From Mobula hypostoma (lineage: Eukaryota), in the NCBI RefSeq assembly GCF_963921235.1, contig NC_086107.1:93436001-93500000 (forward strand): a stretch of DNA of 64,000 nucleotides, in the 5' to 3' direction. A model generated the notes under the pieces. The model did no database searches, was not told where the DNA came from, and was given only the letters and a program-made list of their open reading frames with translations. Position numbers and translations under genes: made by a program. This document shows, one piece after another, positions 48,265-59,799 of the stretch (positions are counted from its first letter, which is position 1; the number at the start of each line of letters is the position of its first letter).

Positions 48265-49075
48265 TCATAGAGCATTACAGCACAGAAACAGGCCCTTCAG
48301 CCCATTTAGTCTGTGCCAAACTGATATTCTGCCTAGTCCCATGGACCCGCACCTGGACCATAGTCCTCCATACCCCTCTCATGCATGTACTTATCCAAAC
48401 TTCTCTTAAATGTTGAAATCAAACCTGCACCCACCACTTCCGCTGGCAGCTGGTTCTACACTCTCACTAGCATCTGAGTGAAGAAATTCCCCCTCAGATT
48501 CCCCTTAAATATTTCACCTTTCACCCTTAACCCATGTCCTCTTGTTCTAGTCTCACCCAACTTCAGTGGAAAAAGCCGGCTCGTATTATCCTGTGGTATC
48601 TATACCCCTCATAATTTTGTATAGCTCTATCAGATCTCCCCTCATTCTCCTATGCTCCAGGTCTAGCCTATTCAACCTTTCCCTATAACCTGTGAATTTT
48701 CTCTGTACTCTTTCAATCTTATTGATATCTTTCCTGTAAGTAGGTGACCAGAACTGCATATGATATTCCAAATTTGGACTTACCAATGGCTTATACAACT
48801 TCAACATAACATCCCAACTCCTGTACTCAATATTCTGATTTATGATGGCTAAGTTGTCAAAAGCTCTCTTTATGATTCTTTCTATCTGTGACACCATCTT
48901 CAAGGAATTATGGATCTGTATTCCCGAATTCCTCTGTTCTACCATACTCCCCTGTTCACCGTGTAAGGCCTACCCTGGTTTGTCCTCCTAAAGTGCAAAA
49001 CCTCACACATGCCTGCATTAAATTCCAACCGCCAATTTCCCATCTGATCTAGATCCTGCCGCAAGCATTGATAAT
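48265..49075 (-). mobile_element. CR1 LINE 3' portion
   Basis: IEYRSWDVMLKLYKPLVSPNLEYHMQFWSPTYRKDINKIERVQRKFT. Confidence 0.88.
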
Positions 49076-49533
49076 ACCGACAATTTCAGTCGAATGACTT
49101 TCTCCAGCCGTAGAGTCTGAACCCCTTCCCTCATCATTCAAAAGTGTTGCCAGAAAGACACTGCCCAGAAGGCGGCAATGGCAAACCACTTCTGTAGAAA
49201 AAATTGCCAAGAACAATCACGGTCACAGAAAGACCATGATCGCCTGCTTCATACAACATGCCACATAACGAACAAGCAAGCCAGAAAAAAAGTCCTCCAT
49301 TAACAGCATCCTCCGAAGGTGGGAAGTGGGAAATTACCTTGGACGAGGAAATTAATAAAGCAGCCACATAAGTTCAAGAGAAGGTCTGGACCTGGGTATC
49401 CTCCAGCAAGAGATTCACTCCTGATATCCTAAACTATTCCCACTGTCTACAAAGCACATCAGCATGGGAGGATGAAGTTCCACAATAGACAGGAAGAATA
49501 AGGATCAGAATCTTGTTTATTATCACTGTCATA

Positions 49534-50105
49534 CGCTGAGTGGCCACTTTATTAGCTACCTCCTGCACCTAATAAACTGGCCACTGAGTCTATGCTCGTG
49601 ATCTTCTGTAGCCCATCCACTTCAAGGTTTAGCATGTTGAGCATCCAGAGATGCTCTTCTGCCCACCACTGTTGTAACGTGTGGTTATTTGGATACTGTC
49701 ATCTTCCTGTCAGCTTGAACCAGTCTGGCCATTCTCCTCTGACCTCTCTCATTAACACAGCTTTTTCTCACACAAAACCACTGCTCGGTGGATGTTTTGT
49801 TTCCTTTGTTTCTTGCACCATTCTCTGTAAACTCTAGAGACTGTTGTGCATGAAAATCTCAGGGGATCATCAATCTCTGAGATATTCAAACCACCCTGTC
49901 TGGCACCAACATTCGTTCCATGGTCAAAATCACAGATCATATTTCTTCCCCATTCTGATGTTTGATCTGAACAACAACTGAACCTCTTGACCATGTCTGC
50001 ATGCTTTTATGCATTGGGTTGCTGTTATGTGATTGGCTGATTAGATATTTTCATTAAAGAGCAGGTGTACAGGTATACAGTACCCAATAAAGTAGCCACA
50101 GAGTA
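49534..50105 (-). mobile_element. Non-autonomous Tc1-like element inside a Rex1 3' UTR
   Basis: Same TIRs and HTH-coding region as 29118-29770. Confidence 0.85.
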
Positions 50106-50659
50106 TGTCTTATTTTGTGGCAGCAGTACAGTGCAATACATAAAATATACCAGAAATTATGATAAGAAATATATCTTTAAAAAATCAAATAGTGCAGAAT
50201 ATTGCAAAGAAATAGTGAGGTATTGTTTATGGGTTCACCAACCATTCAGAAATCTGATAGTGGAGGGAAGAAGCTATTCCTAAAACATTGAATGTGTGCC
50301 TTCAGGCTCCTGTACCTCCTCCCTGATGGTAGTAATGAAAAGAGAGCAGGGCCTGAGTGGTGAGAGCCCTCATGATGGTTGCTGCCTTTTTGAGGTATCA
50401 CTTATTGAAGATGTCCTCAATGGTTCGAGGTTCAAAAGTTAATTTATTATCAAAGTATACAACTCTGAAATTCTTCTTCTCCAGATAGCCACAAAACCAA
50501 GAAAGAAAAGAATGGCAGCACGATCATCAGCCCCCAAATCTCACCTCCCCGCACAAAGAACTAACAAAAAAGGAAGAGGCACATCGACCCCTAAATCCCC
50601 CTCCCCTCGCACACAAAAAAAGAGAAAGACCAGGCTGGTAGCACAGAATAGAAACATTC

Positions 50660-51033
50660 TGAATGTTAAAAGGCCTGAACAGATTGGATATGGCAAAGTT
50701 ATTTCCCATGGTAAGGGAGTCCAGGACAAGAGGGCACGACTTCAGGATTGAAGGATGTCCGTTTAGAACAGAGATGCGGAGAAATTACTTTAGTCAGAGG
50801 GTGGTAAATCTGTGGAATTTGTTGCCACGAGCGGCTGTAGAGACCAAGTCATTGGGTGCACTTAAGGCAGAGATAGATAGGTTCTCGAGTCGCCAGGGCA
50901 TCAAAGGGTATGGGGAGAAGGCTGGGGAACGGGGATGTCTGGAACAATTGAATCGGCCTTTGATTGAATAGCAGAGTAGACTTGATGGGCTGAATGGCCT
51001 ACTTCCGCTCCTGTATCTTACGGTCTTATGGTC
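50660..51033 (+). mobile_element. CR1 LINE 3' end
   Basis: MLKGLNRLDMAKLFPMVRESRTRGHDFRIEGCPFRTEMRRNYFSQRVVNLWNLLP. Confidence 0.88.
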
Positions 51034-51147
51034 TTAATATAAAGATTTATAAGACTGAAAACAAAGTCTATTGTCCAAATCCATATCCAATATGCAGAAA
51101 ACCTGGATAACACTCTCCAGGCCCAATGGCAAGCATTTCTCTCTCTC

Positions 51148-51275
51148 TAGCAGAGCGATGCCACCAGCGATCAAAAGGCAGTCTCCCCTCTCCACAGCAG
51201 AGCGATCCCATCGGTGATCAAAAGGCAGTCTCCCCTCTCCACAGCAGAGCGATCCCATCGGTGATCAAAAGGCAA
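51148..51275. repeat. 47-bp tandem repeat, about 2.7 copies
   Basis: Unit cagcagagcgatcccatcggtgatcaaaaggcagtctcccctctcca starts at 51195 and 51242, with a diverged copy at 51148. Confidence 0.9.
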
Positions 51276-52856
51276 GCACCCGGTGCTCACTTTCCGCATT
51301 CGCCTTGATGTTTCAATCTCCCTCGTCACTTTAATCAGCGAACAATAAAAGCTTTAATCACTGAAATGGAGTCGAACAGCGGCTCGCGCCCTGCCCTGTG
51401 GCCTTCTCACCACAATGTTCGTGCATGCTGCCTCTGCCTTGGAATCCTCTCGGAGACCGCAGAGCGCTGAAACACCCAAACGATCTCCAAACTACAAATC
51501 ACAAGCTCCAACAGTTCCAGAATCACATTCAAGATGAAAAATAAATGTAAAAGACATAAAAGAGCTGAAGTATATAGTTTCATGCTCTATCCAGAAAGTG
51601 TCGACCAAAAGAGCATTGTACGCAGGCCCCATCTTGACCAGAGGACAAGAGGAGGGGGGAAGACTGTTGCCCATAATGGAGCTGGCAGAATCTGCAACCT
51701 TTTGCAGAACCCTCTGTGTGGTAGCCCCTCCATACCGGACAGTGATGCAACCAGAATGCTACCCACAGTACACCTGTAGAAAGCTAAACACCATCCAGGA
51801 ACAAACCTGTACCCCATTCTTCAGGTGAAAAAGACATTCCCTCCACCACTGGCAGCTCAACATGGAGCATCCGAAGTTTGCTTTGCTCCAGGTCTCCAAG
51901 ACTTTGCTGACGGCACCTCCTGAGACCTGTGGCATCCGCTGCTTAGAAGGACGAGGAAGCAGTCGCAGGAGAGCACTGCGAACTGCTGTGGAACACCACC
52001 CACCCCAGCCCAGGAATTCATTACTTCTGCTGTCTGAACCCCTAAATTCACCAAATTGGGTGCAACAATCGAAGAAAGCAGTTCACTGGCACCTTCGCTA
52101 GAGCAGAAAGGCAGGGCTAGTAGATACTGGTCTCCTCATCAATGCACATATCCCATAAATGAATAGGAACATAGAAAAGCAGTAGATCTACTGAGCAGTC
52201 AGAGTTTAGTGTGTTATTTTTAACATTCTATTGTGTCACCGTACCCTGAATGCAGCTCATTGTGTGCCAGTGACTCTGAGAGGCATCTGAGGGATTTGAT
52301 AAGACTCTGTTAACATACTAATGAGGTACAGCCGATGAGGCCAGTGTGGCTCCAATATCAAATCAATCCACTTAAAATAAAAGGCACATTTTCACCTTAC
52401 TTGTCAACCCTTCCCTGTTTAACATAGTGTTCAAGATCACAGGTTTAGAAACCACCCTTAAACATCCAACTTCAAAGGTCAAAATAAATCCGTCATCAAG
52501 GTATGTATATGTCACCATATATTCCCCTGGGAATCATTTTCTTGCAGGCATTCGCAGTAGGACAAAGAAATCAATGAAAAACTACACTCAAAGACTGACA
52601 AATAACCAATGTGCAAAAGAAGGCAAAACAACCAAATAAATAATCCTGAGGTCATGCGCTGCAGAGTCCTTGAAAGTGAGACTGTAGGTTGTGAAATCAG
52701 TTCAGTGGTGTGGTGAGTGAAGTTATCCATGCTGGTTCGGAAGCCTAATGGTAATAACTGTGGGGACTGGGCACAAAATCACCATCAGCTCACATTGAAG
52801 AATTGGTGATTGAAAGTGGAAGACTTCAGATACAGGCCATCCAGGCAGATCATTCC

Positions 52857-52986
52857 TGATGAAGGGGCTCGGCCCGAAACGTTGACTCTCTATCCCCCTC
52901 CATAGATGCTGCCTGACCTTCTGAGTGCCTCACCATTTTGTGTGCGTCGCTCTGGATTTCCACCACCTGCAGAATCTCTTGATTTA
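52857..52986 (+). mobile_element. Solo pLTR fragment starting at the hammerhead core, with a 10-bp TSD
   Basis: agatcattcc at 52847-52856 and 52987-52996; CTGATGA-a-GGGgctcggCCC-GAAA-CG-TT. Confidence 0.8.
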
Positions 52987-53767
52987 AGATCATTCCATGC
53001 ATCCCAAAGGAATGAAAAATACAGAATTCAGAACATAGTTACAAAGGAAACGCAATGCAAGTAGAGAAATAAAGTACAAGAGTTATGGTGACCTCTTGTC
53101 TGTGTCTTTATGATACAAGAAGTCCATTCAGGAGTCTGAAAGCAGTAGGATAGAAGCTGTCCTTCAGCATAGTGGTGTGTGTTCTCAAGTTTTTGTACGG
53201 AATGGGGAGAAGGGTTAGAGGGGTCAACTGTCCATTCCCCTCCATAAATGCTGTCTGACCCACAGTGTTCCTCCAGCTCCTTTGTGTGTTTTTCCAGATT
53301 TCCATTCCCTTGTTCCTGTTTCCCCCTCAGTCCCGTTTTATCAGTTGTCAACTCTGAGCGGAAGAATTCTGTTCGTCTTTAAGATTTACACAGCAAAGTT
53401 TACCTGGGCAGTACCTACACCAAGAAGATGTGTTGTTAGGGGAAAATAAGATAAGCTTATAAGCGTTCTGCTTTGCTTGACTGTCTACGAGCTTTGGTCT
53501 GGTCTTACTCCAATATTCCCTCAATAGCCACTCAACCCGAGAGATTACAATAATGGCTTGCTGAGATATTATGGCCATTAACTGCCCCAAGGCAAAGAGC
53601 CAATAATGGGACCCTCAGAGTGAGTAATGAGATCCTCTGGGGCAGTAATTACACCCTGAGGGAGAACAAGGACTGCCATCTCTGAAACAAGCAAATGCAT
53701 CCTTCTACACTTCTTAAAGAATGCAGACATTGCCTTGCCCATGCCTCCTCTATGACACACCAAATCA

Positions 53768-54138
53768 CACTCAGTGGCCACTTTATTAGGTACACCTGTA
53801 CAACTGCTCATTAATACATATATCTAACCAGCCAATCATGTGGCAACAACTTAATATATAAAAGCATGCAAACATGGATTGTAGACATTCTGTTATTGTT
53901 CAGCCCAAACATCAAAATGGGGGGAAATGTGATTTAAGTGACTTTGACCATGGAATGATTGCTGGTGCCAGATGGGGTAGTTTGAGTATCTCAGAAACTA
54001 CTGATCTGCGGGGGTTTTCATGCACAACAGTCTCTAGAGTTTACAGAAAGTGGTGCGAAAAGCAAAAAGAAACATCCAGTGAGCGGCAGTTCGGTGGGTG
54101 AAAATGCCTTATTACTGAGAAAGGTCAGAGGGTAATGC
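53768..54138 (+). mobile_element. Truncated non-autonomous Tc1-like element
   Basis: cactcagtggccactttattaggtac TIR; GKCDLSDFDHGMIAGARWGSLSISETTDLRGFSCTTVSRVYRKWCEKQ. Confidence 0.88.
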
Positions 54139-54610
54139 TGCTAGGGGACAGTGGGGGGTGGTGACCAATACGGGCATGGCAGCAGTAACATTCAGGCCAT
54201 CGGCACTGTAGTCAGCTCTGAGACTCAGCAGGGAAGGGTAAAATCAGGCAGAACAACAGTGATCGTTGACTCAATAGTTAGGGGGACGGACAGGAGATCC
54301 TGTGGCTGAACGGAAAAGCCTCTCAGGTGCAACGCTCTGAGATGTCTTGGAGAGGCTGCAGAAAATTCTCAAGGAGGAAAGGTGGGCAGCCAGAAGTTGT
54401 GGTGCAAAGTGGCACCAATGGCATAAGTAGAAAGGGAGAAGAAGTCCTGCGAAGAGAGTACAGGGAGCCAGACTGGGCGATCTGGAAGACCGTGTAAGGA
54501 ACCTGGAGCAGCAGCTGGATGACCTTCGACTCATAAGGGAGAATGAGGCAATCGTAGATGAGAGCTACAGGGAGGTAGACACACCTAGGCTGTCGGAAGC
54601 AGGTCGTTGG

Positions 54611-55315
54611 GTGACAGTCAGAGGGGGGAAAGCGAAGGTGAGCAGACAGGCAGTGCAGAGCACCCCTGTAGCCATTCCCCCGAATAATAAGTTTACCGTC
54701 CTGGATACCGTTGGCGGGGATGACCGACCAGGTGTGAGTCACGGTGGCAGGGCCTCCGGCACTGAGTCTGACCCTGTGGTGCAGAAGGGTGGGACGGAGA
54801 AGAGGAGAGCTGTCGTCATTGGAGACTCTACAGTCAGGGGAGCAGACAGGAGATTTTGTGGACGTGAGAAGGACACCCTCATGGTTTGTTGCCTCCTGGG
54901 TGCTAGGGTCCGGGATGTCTCTGACCGGGTGCACAACATCCTGGTACGAGAGGGAAAGCAACCAGAAGTCGTGATACATGTTGGGACCAATGACATAGGC
55001 AGGAAGAGGGATAAGGTCCTGAAGTGTGAGTTTCGAGAATTAGGCAGAAGGCTAAAGAACAGGACCTCAAGGGTGACGTTCTCAGGATTGCTGCCAGTGC
55101 TATGGGACAGTGATGGTAAGAATTGGAGGAGATGGCAGTTGAATGCGTGGCTGAGGAGTTGATGCAGGGAGCAGGGTTTTAGATTTTTGGATCATTGGGA
55201 TCTCTTCTGGGGAAGGTGGGACCTGTACAGATTGGATGGGTTGCACCTGAACTCGAGGGGGAGCAATATCCTTGCAGGTAGGTTTGCTGGCATGGTTTGG
55301 GAGGGTTTAAACTAA
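54611..55315 (+). pseudogene. CR1 ORF1 SGNH/GDSL esterase domain with a premature stop at 55160-55162
   Basis: VVIGDS, HVGTND and, past the TGA in the same frame, DGLHLN; natural TAA at 55313-55315. Confidence 0.9.
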
Positions 55316-55444
55316 TTTGCGAGGGGGATGGGACCCAGAGCAATAGAGCAGTGAAAGAAGTGTATGGAGTAAAGCCAGATTTAACATACAGAGAGGCTTT
55401 GAGGAAAGAGAAGCAGAATAAACGGTGTAAAGACAGTAAGGTAG

Positions 55445-58200
55445 AAGGGCTGGAATGTGTGTACCTCAATGCAAGAAGCATCAGGAACAAAGGTGATGAA
55501 CTGAGAGCTTGGATACATACGTTGAATTATGATGTAGTAGCCATTACAGAGACTTGGCTGGCACCAGGGCAGGAATGGATTCTCAATATTCCTGGATTTC
55601 AGTGCTTTAAAAGGGATAGAGAGGGCAGAAAAAGGGGAGGAGGGGTGGCATTACTGGTCAGGGATACTATTACAGCTACAGAAAGGGTGGGTAATGTAGC
55701 AGGATCCTCTTTTGAGTCAATATGGGTGGAAGTCAGGAACAGGAAGGGAGCAGTTACTCTATTGGGGGTATTCTATAGGCCCCCTGGTAGCAGCAGAGAT
55801 ACAGAGGAGCAGATTGGGAGGCAGATTTTGGAAAGGTGCAAAAATAACAGGATTGTTATCATGGGTGACTTTAACTTCCCTAATATTGATTGGCACCTGA
55901 TTAGTTCCAAGGGTTTAGATGGGGCAGAGTTTGTTAAGTGTGTCCAGGATGCATTCCTGTCACAGTATGTGGACAGGCCAACCGGGGGAATCCCATACTA
56001 AATCTAGTACTAGGTAATGAACCGGGTCAGGTCACAAATCTCTCAGTGGGTGAGCATCTGGGGGACAGTGACCACCGTTCCCTGGCCTTTATAATTATCA
56101 TGCAAAAGGATAGAATCAGAGAGGACAGGAAAATTTTTAATTGGGGAAAGGCAAATTATGAGGCTATAAGGCTAGAACTTGCGGGTGTGAATTGGGATGA
56201 TGTTTTTGCAGGGAAATGTACTATGGACTATCTTTAGAAATCTCTTGCAGGATGTTAGGGATAAATTTGTCCTGGTGAGGAAGATAAAGAATGGTAGGGT
56301 GAAGGAACCATGGGTGAAAAGTGAGGTGGAAAATCTAGTCAGGTGGAAGAAGGCAGAATACATGAGGTTTAGGAAGCAAGGATCAGATGGGTCTATTGAG
56401 GAATATAGGGAAGCAAGAAAGGAGCTTAAGAAGGGGCTGAGAAGAGCAAGAAGGGGGCATGAGAAGGCCTTGGTGAGTAGGGTAAAGGAAAACCCCAAGG
56501 CATTCTTCAATTATGTGAAGAAAAAAAGGATGACAGGAGTGAAGGTAAGACCAATTAGAGATAAAGGTGGGAAGATGTGCCTGGAGGCTGTGGAAGTGAG
56601 TGAGGTCCTCAATGAATACTTCTCTTTGGTATTCACCAATGAGAGGGAACTTGATGATAGTGAGGACAATATGAGCGAGGTTGATGTTCTGGAGCATGTT
56701 GATATTAAGGGAGAAGAGGTGTTGGAGTTGTTAAAATACATTAGGACAGATAAGTCCCCAGGGCCTGACGGAATATTCCCCAGGCTGCTCCACGAGGCGA
56801 GAGAAGAGATTGCTGAGCCTCTGGCTAGGATCTTTATGTCCTCGTTGTCCACGGGTATGGTACCGGAGGATTGGAGGGAGGCGAATGTTGTCCGCTTGTT
56901 CAAAATAGGTAGTAGGGATAGTCTGGGTAATTATAGACCAGTGAGCCTTACGTCTGTGGAGGGAAAGCTGTTGGAAAAGATTCTTAGAGATAGGATCTAT
57001 AGGCATTCAGAGAATCATGGTCTGATCAGGGACAGTCAGCATGGCTTTGTGAAGGGCAGATCGTGTCTAACAAGCCTGATAGAGTTCTTTGAGGAGGTGA
57101 CCAGGCATATAGATGAGGGAAGTGCAGTGGATGTGATCTATATGGATTTTAGTAAGGCATTTGACAAGGTTCCACATGGTAGGCTTATTCAGAAAGTTGG
57201 AAGGCATGGGATCCAGGGATGTTTGGCCAGGTGGATTCAGAATTGGCTTGCCTGCAGAAGGCAGAGGGTGGCTGTGGAGGGAGTACATTCAGATTGGAGG
57301 ATTGTGACTAGTTGTGTCCCACAAGGATCTGTTCTGGGACCCCTACTTTTCGTGATTTTTATTAACGACCTGGATGTGGGGGTAGAAGGGTGGGTTGGCA
57401 AGTTTGCAGACGACACAAAGGTTGGTGGTGTTGTAGACAGTTGTCAAAGATTGCAGAGAGACATTGATAGGATGCAGAAGTGGGCTGAGAAGTGGCAAAT
57501 GGAGTTCAACCCAGAGAAGTGTGAGGTGGTACACTTTGGAAGGACAAACTCCAAGGCAGAGTACAAAGTAAATGGTAGGATACTTGGTTGTGTGGAGGAG
57601 CAGAGGGATCTCGGGGTACATATCCACAGATCCCTGAAAGTTGCCTCACAGGTGGATAGGGTAGTTAAGAAAGCTTATGGGGTGTTAGCTTTCATAAGTC
57701 GAGGGATAGAGTTTAGGAGTCGCGATGTAATGATGCAGCTCTATAAAACTCTGGTTAGGCCACACTTGGAGTACTGTGTCCAGTTCTGGTCACCTCACTA
57801 TAGGAAGGATGTGGAAGCATTGGAAAGGGTACAGAGGAGATTTACCAGGATGCTGCCTGGTTTAGAAAGTATGCATTAAGTTCAGAGATTAAGGGAGCTA
57901 GGGCTTTACTCTTTGGAGAGAAGGAGGATGAGAGGAGACATGATAGAGGTGTACAAGATAATAAGAGGAATAGACAGAGTGGATAGCCAGTGCCTCTTCC
58001 CCAGGGCACCACTGCTAAATACAAGAGGACATGGCTTTAAGGTAAGGGATGGGAAGTTTAAGGGGGATATTAGAGGAAGGTTTTTTACTCAGAGAGTGGT
58101 TGGGTGCGTGGAATGTACTGCCTGAGTCAGTGGTGGAGGCAGATACACTAGTGAAGTTTAAGAGACTACTAGACAGGTATATGGAGGAATCTAAGGGGGG
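55445..58200 (+). pseudogene. CR1 ORF2 endonuclease plus reverse transcriptase (frameshifts and stops)
   Basis: YLNARSIRNK, ITETWL, GGGVALL, YRPP, MGDFN, SDH, KSPGPDG, MDFSKAFDKV, VPQGSVLGP and FADDT, spread over ORFs 55297-56001, 55938-56237, 56197-57879 and 57913-58125. Confidence 0.93.
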
Positions 58201-59446
58201 GCTTATATGGGAGGCAGGGTTTGAGGGTCAGCACAACATTGTGGGCCGAAGGGCCTGTACTGTGCTGTACTATTCTAAGTTCTATGTTCTATGTCTCCTG
58301 GTGCTATGGGCTCTCAGGGCAGGAACAGGATGATTGTACAGATGAATGAGTGGCTGAGGAATTGGGCAGGGTTTCAGGTTCTTGGATCATTAGAACCTGT
58401 CCTGGGGCAGGGATGAACTGTACAAGAGGGACAAGTTGTAGCTTAACTAAAGGGGAATCAATATCCTGGCCAGGAGGCTCACTAGTGCTACTTAGATGGA
58501 TTTTAACTAGCTTTTCAGGATGATGGGAACTAAATCAGGGACAATATCACAGCTGTACTCAGAGGGGTCATAATGGAGGGCTTGTTCACTGAACCTATAG
58601 GGTTAGAACTTTAAAATAAGAAGAGTGCAGTCACTCTGATGGGGTTGTACTCCGCAATAACCACCAGGACACTGTAAAACAGATACGCAGACAGATTAAG
58701 GAAAGGTGTAGAAACAATAGGGATGTTGTCATGGAAAACTTTAAATTCCCTATATAAACTGGGACCACTCAGGATAAAGAGGGGAGCATTTGCTTAAATG
58801 CGGAAGATGTGGGTGAGGTCCTTAATGAGAAATTTACATCAGTATTTACCAAGGAGAAAGACATGAAGGGCAGGGAGAACAATGCCAAGAGTACTAATAC
58901 ACTAGGGCATTTTGAAGTAATAGAGAAGGGAGTACTGGGTCTTTTGAAGAGCATTAAGGGGGATGTCCGCACGGCTTGATAGGATATACGCCAGGTTATT
59001 GAGAGAGGCAAGTGAAGAGGTTGCTGGGGACTCGAGCAATGTCTTTGTGTCCTCCCTAACCATAGACAAGGTCCTAGAGGATTGGCAAATAGCTTATGTT
59101 TTTCCATTATTCAAGAAGGGAACCAGGGATAATCCTGGAAACTATAGACCAGTGAGCCTCCTATCAGTGGTAGGGAAGTTACCAGTGAGAAGTCTTTGGG
59201 ATAGGATTTTATGAGCATTTGGAAAACTATGGCCTAGTTAGGGAATATCAGCATGGCTTTGTTTGGGGCAAATCGTTTTTAGATGAGGTCCCCTGGTAAA
59301 CCTCTTCTGCGCTCTCTCCTTGTCATGGGGTGACCAGAACTGTACACAATACTTTAGATGCTGTCTGACTGGAGAGTTATAAAGCTGCATCATAACTTCC
59401 TGACTTTTGAACACCCATTGTGTTGACTAACAAAAGGCAAGCATAA

Positions 59447-59588
59447 CTGTGATGTGCAGGAGAGCATCTCTGAATGCACAGCACATAGAACCAGGAAGTG
59501 GACAGGCGACAGCAGCAGAAGACCGCGAATGTACTCAGTGGCCACTTTATTAGGTACAGCTGGTACCTAAAAATGTGGCCACTGGGTG
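59447..59588 (+). mobile_element. Right end of the non-autonomous Tc1-like element (double TIR)
   Basis: ctcagtggccactttattaggtac-agctg-gtacctaaaaatgtggccactgggtg + TA. Confidence 0.85.
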
Positions 59589-59799
59589 TAGGATCGAGTT
59601 GCACCCCCTGTCAGATAAAACCACACAGTGATTTAAAACCTCAGTATCAATTAATAAATGCTGCTTTTAATCAATAACTTAGCAAGACTCAGAGTAAATT
59701 TTCTTTTAAAAAAAGATGGCATTCTGTCTGTCCTTTGGTGACTTTCCTTTGTACAGAGGCAGTTCTTTCGGCACTGGCAGGGTTAAGAATCTGCTCTCA

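Larger units (their letters stand above)
54470..58293 (+). mobile_element. Near-full-length CR1 LINE (ORF1 esterase plus ORF2)
   Basis: ORF1 and ORF2 motifs in order, ending in a ttctaagttctatgttctatgt tail. Confidence 0.93.
54140..59285 (+). mobile_element. Older degraded CR1 (54140-54469 and 58294-59285) split by a younger CR1
   Basis: Left piece is a decayed ORF1 esterase. Right piece continues ORF1, then deleted EN/RT pieces (RLLREASEEVAG..PLFKKGTRDNPGNYRPVSL). Confidence 0.75.

Noticed and set aside
51148..51275. CRISPR-like repeat array
   Set aside because: Head-to-tail units with no unique spacers, no cas genes and a vertebrate context.
54323..54979. 218-aa minus-strand ORF and other antisense ORFs over the CR1 copies
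   Set aside because: Antisense shadows of LINE coding sequence.
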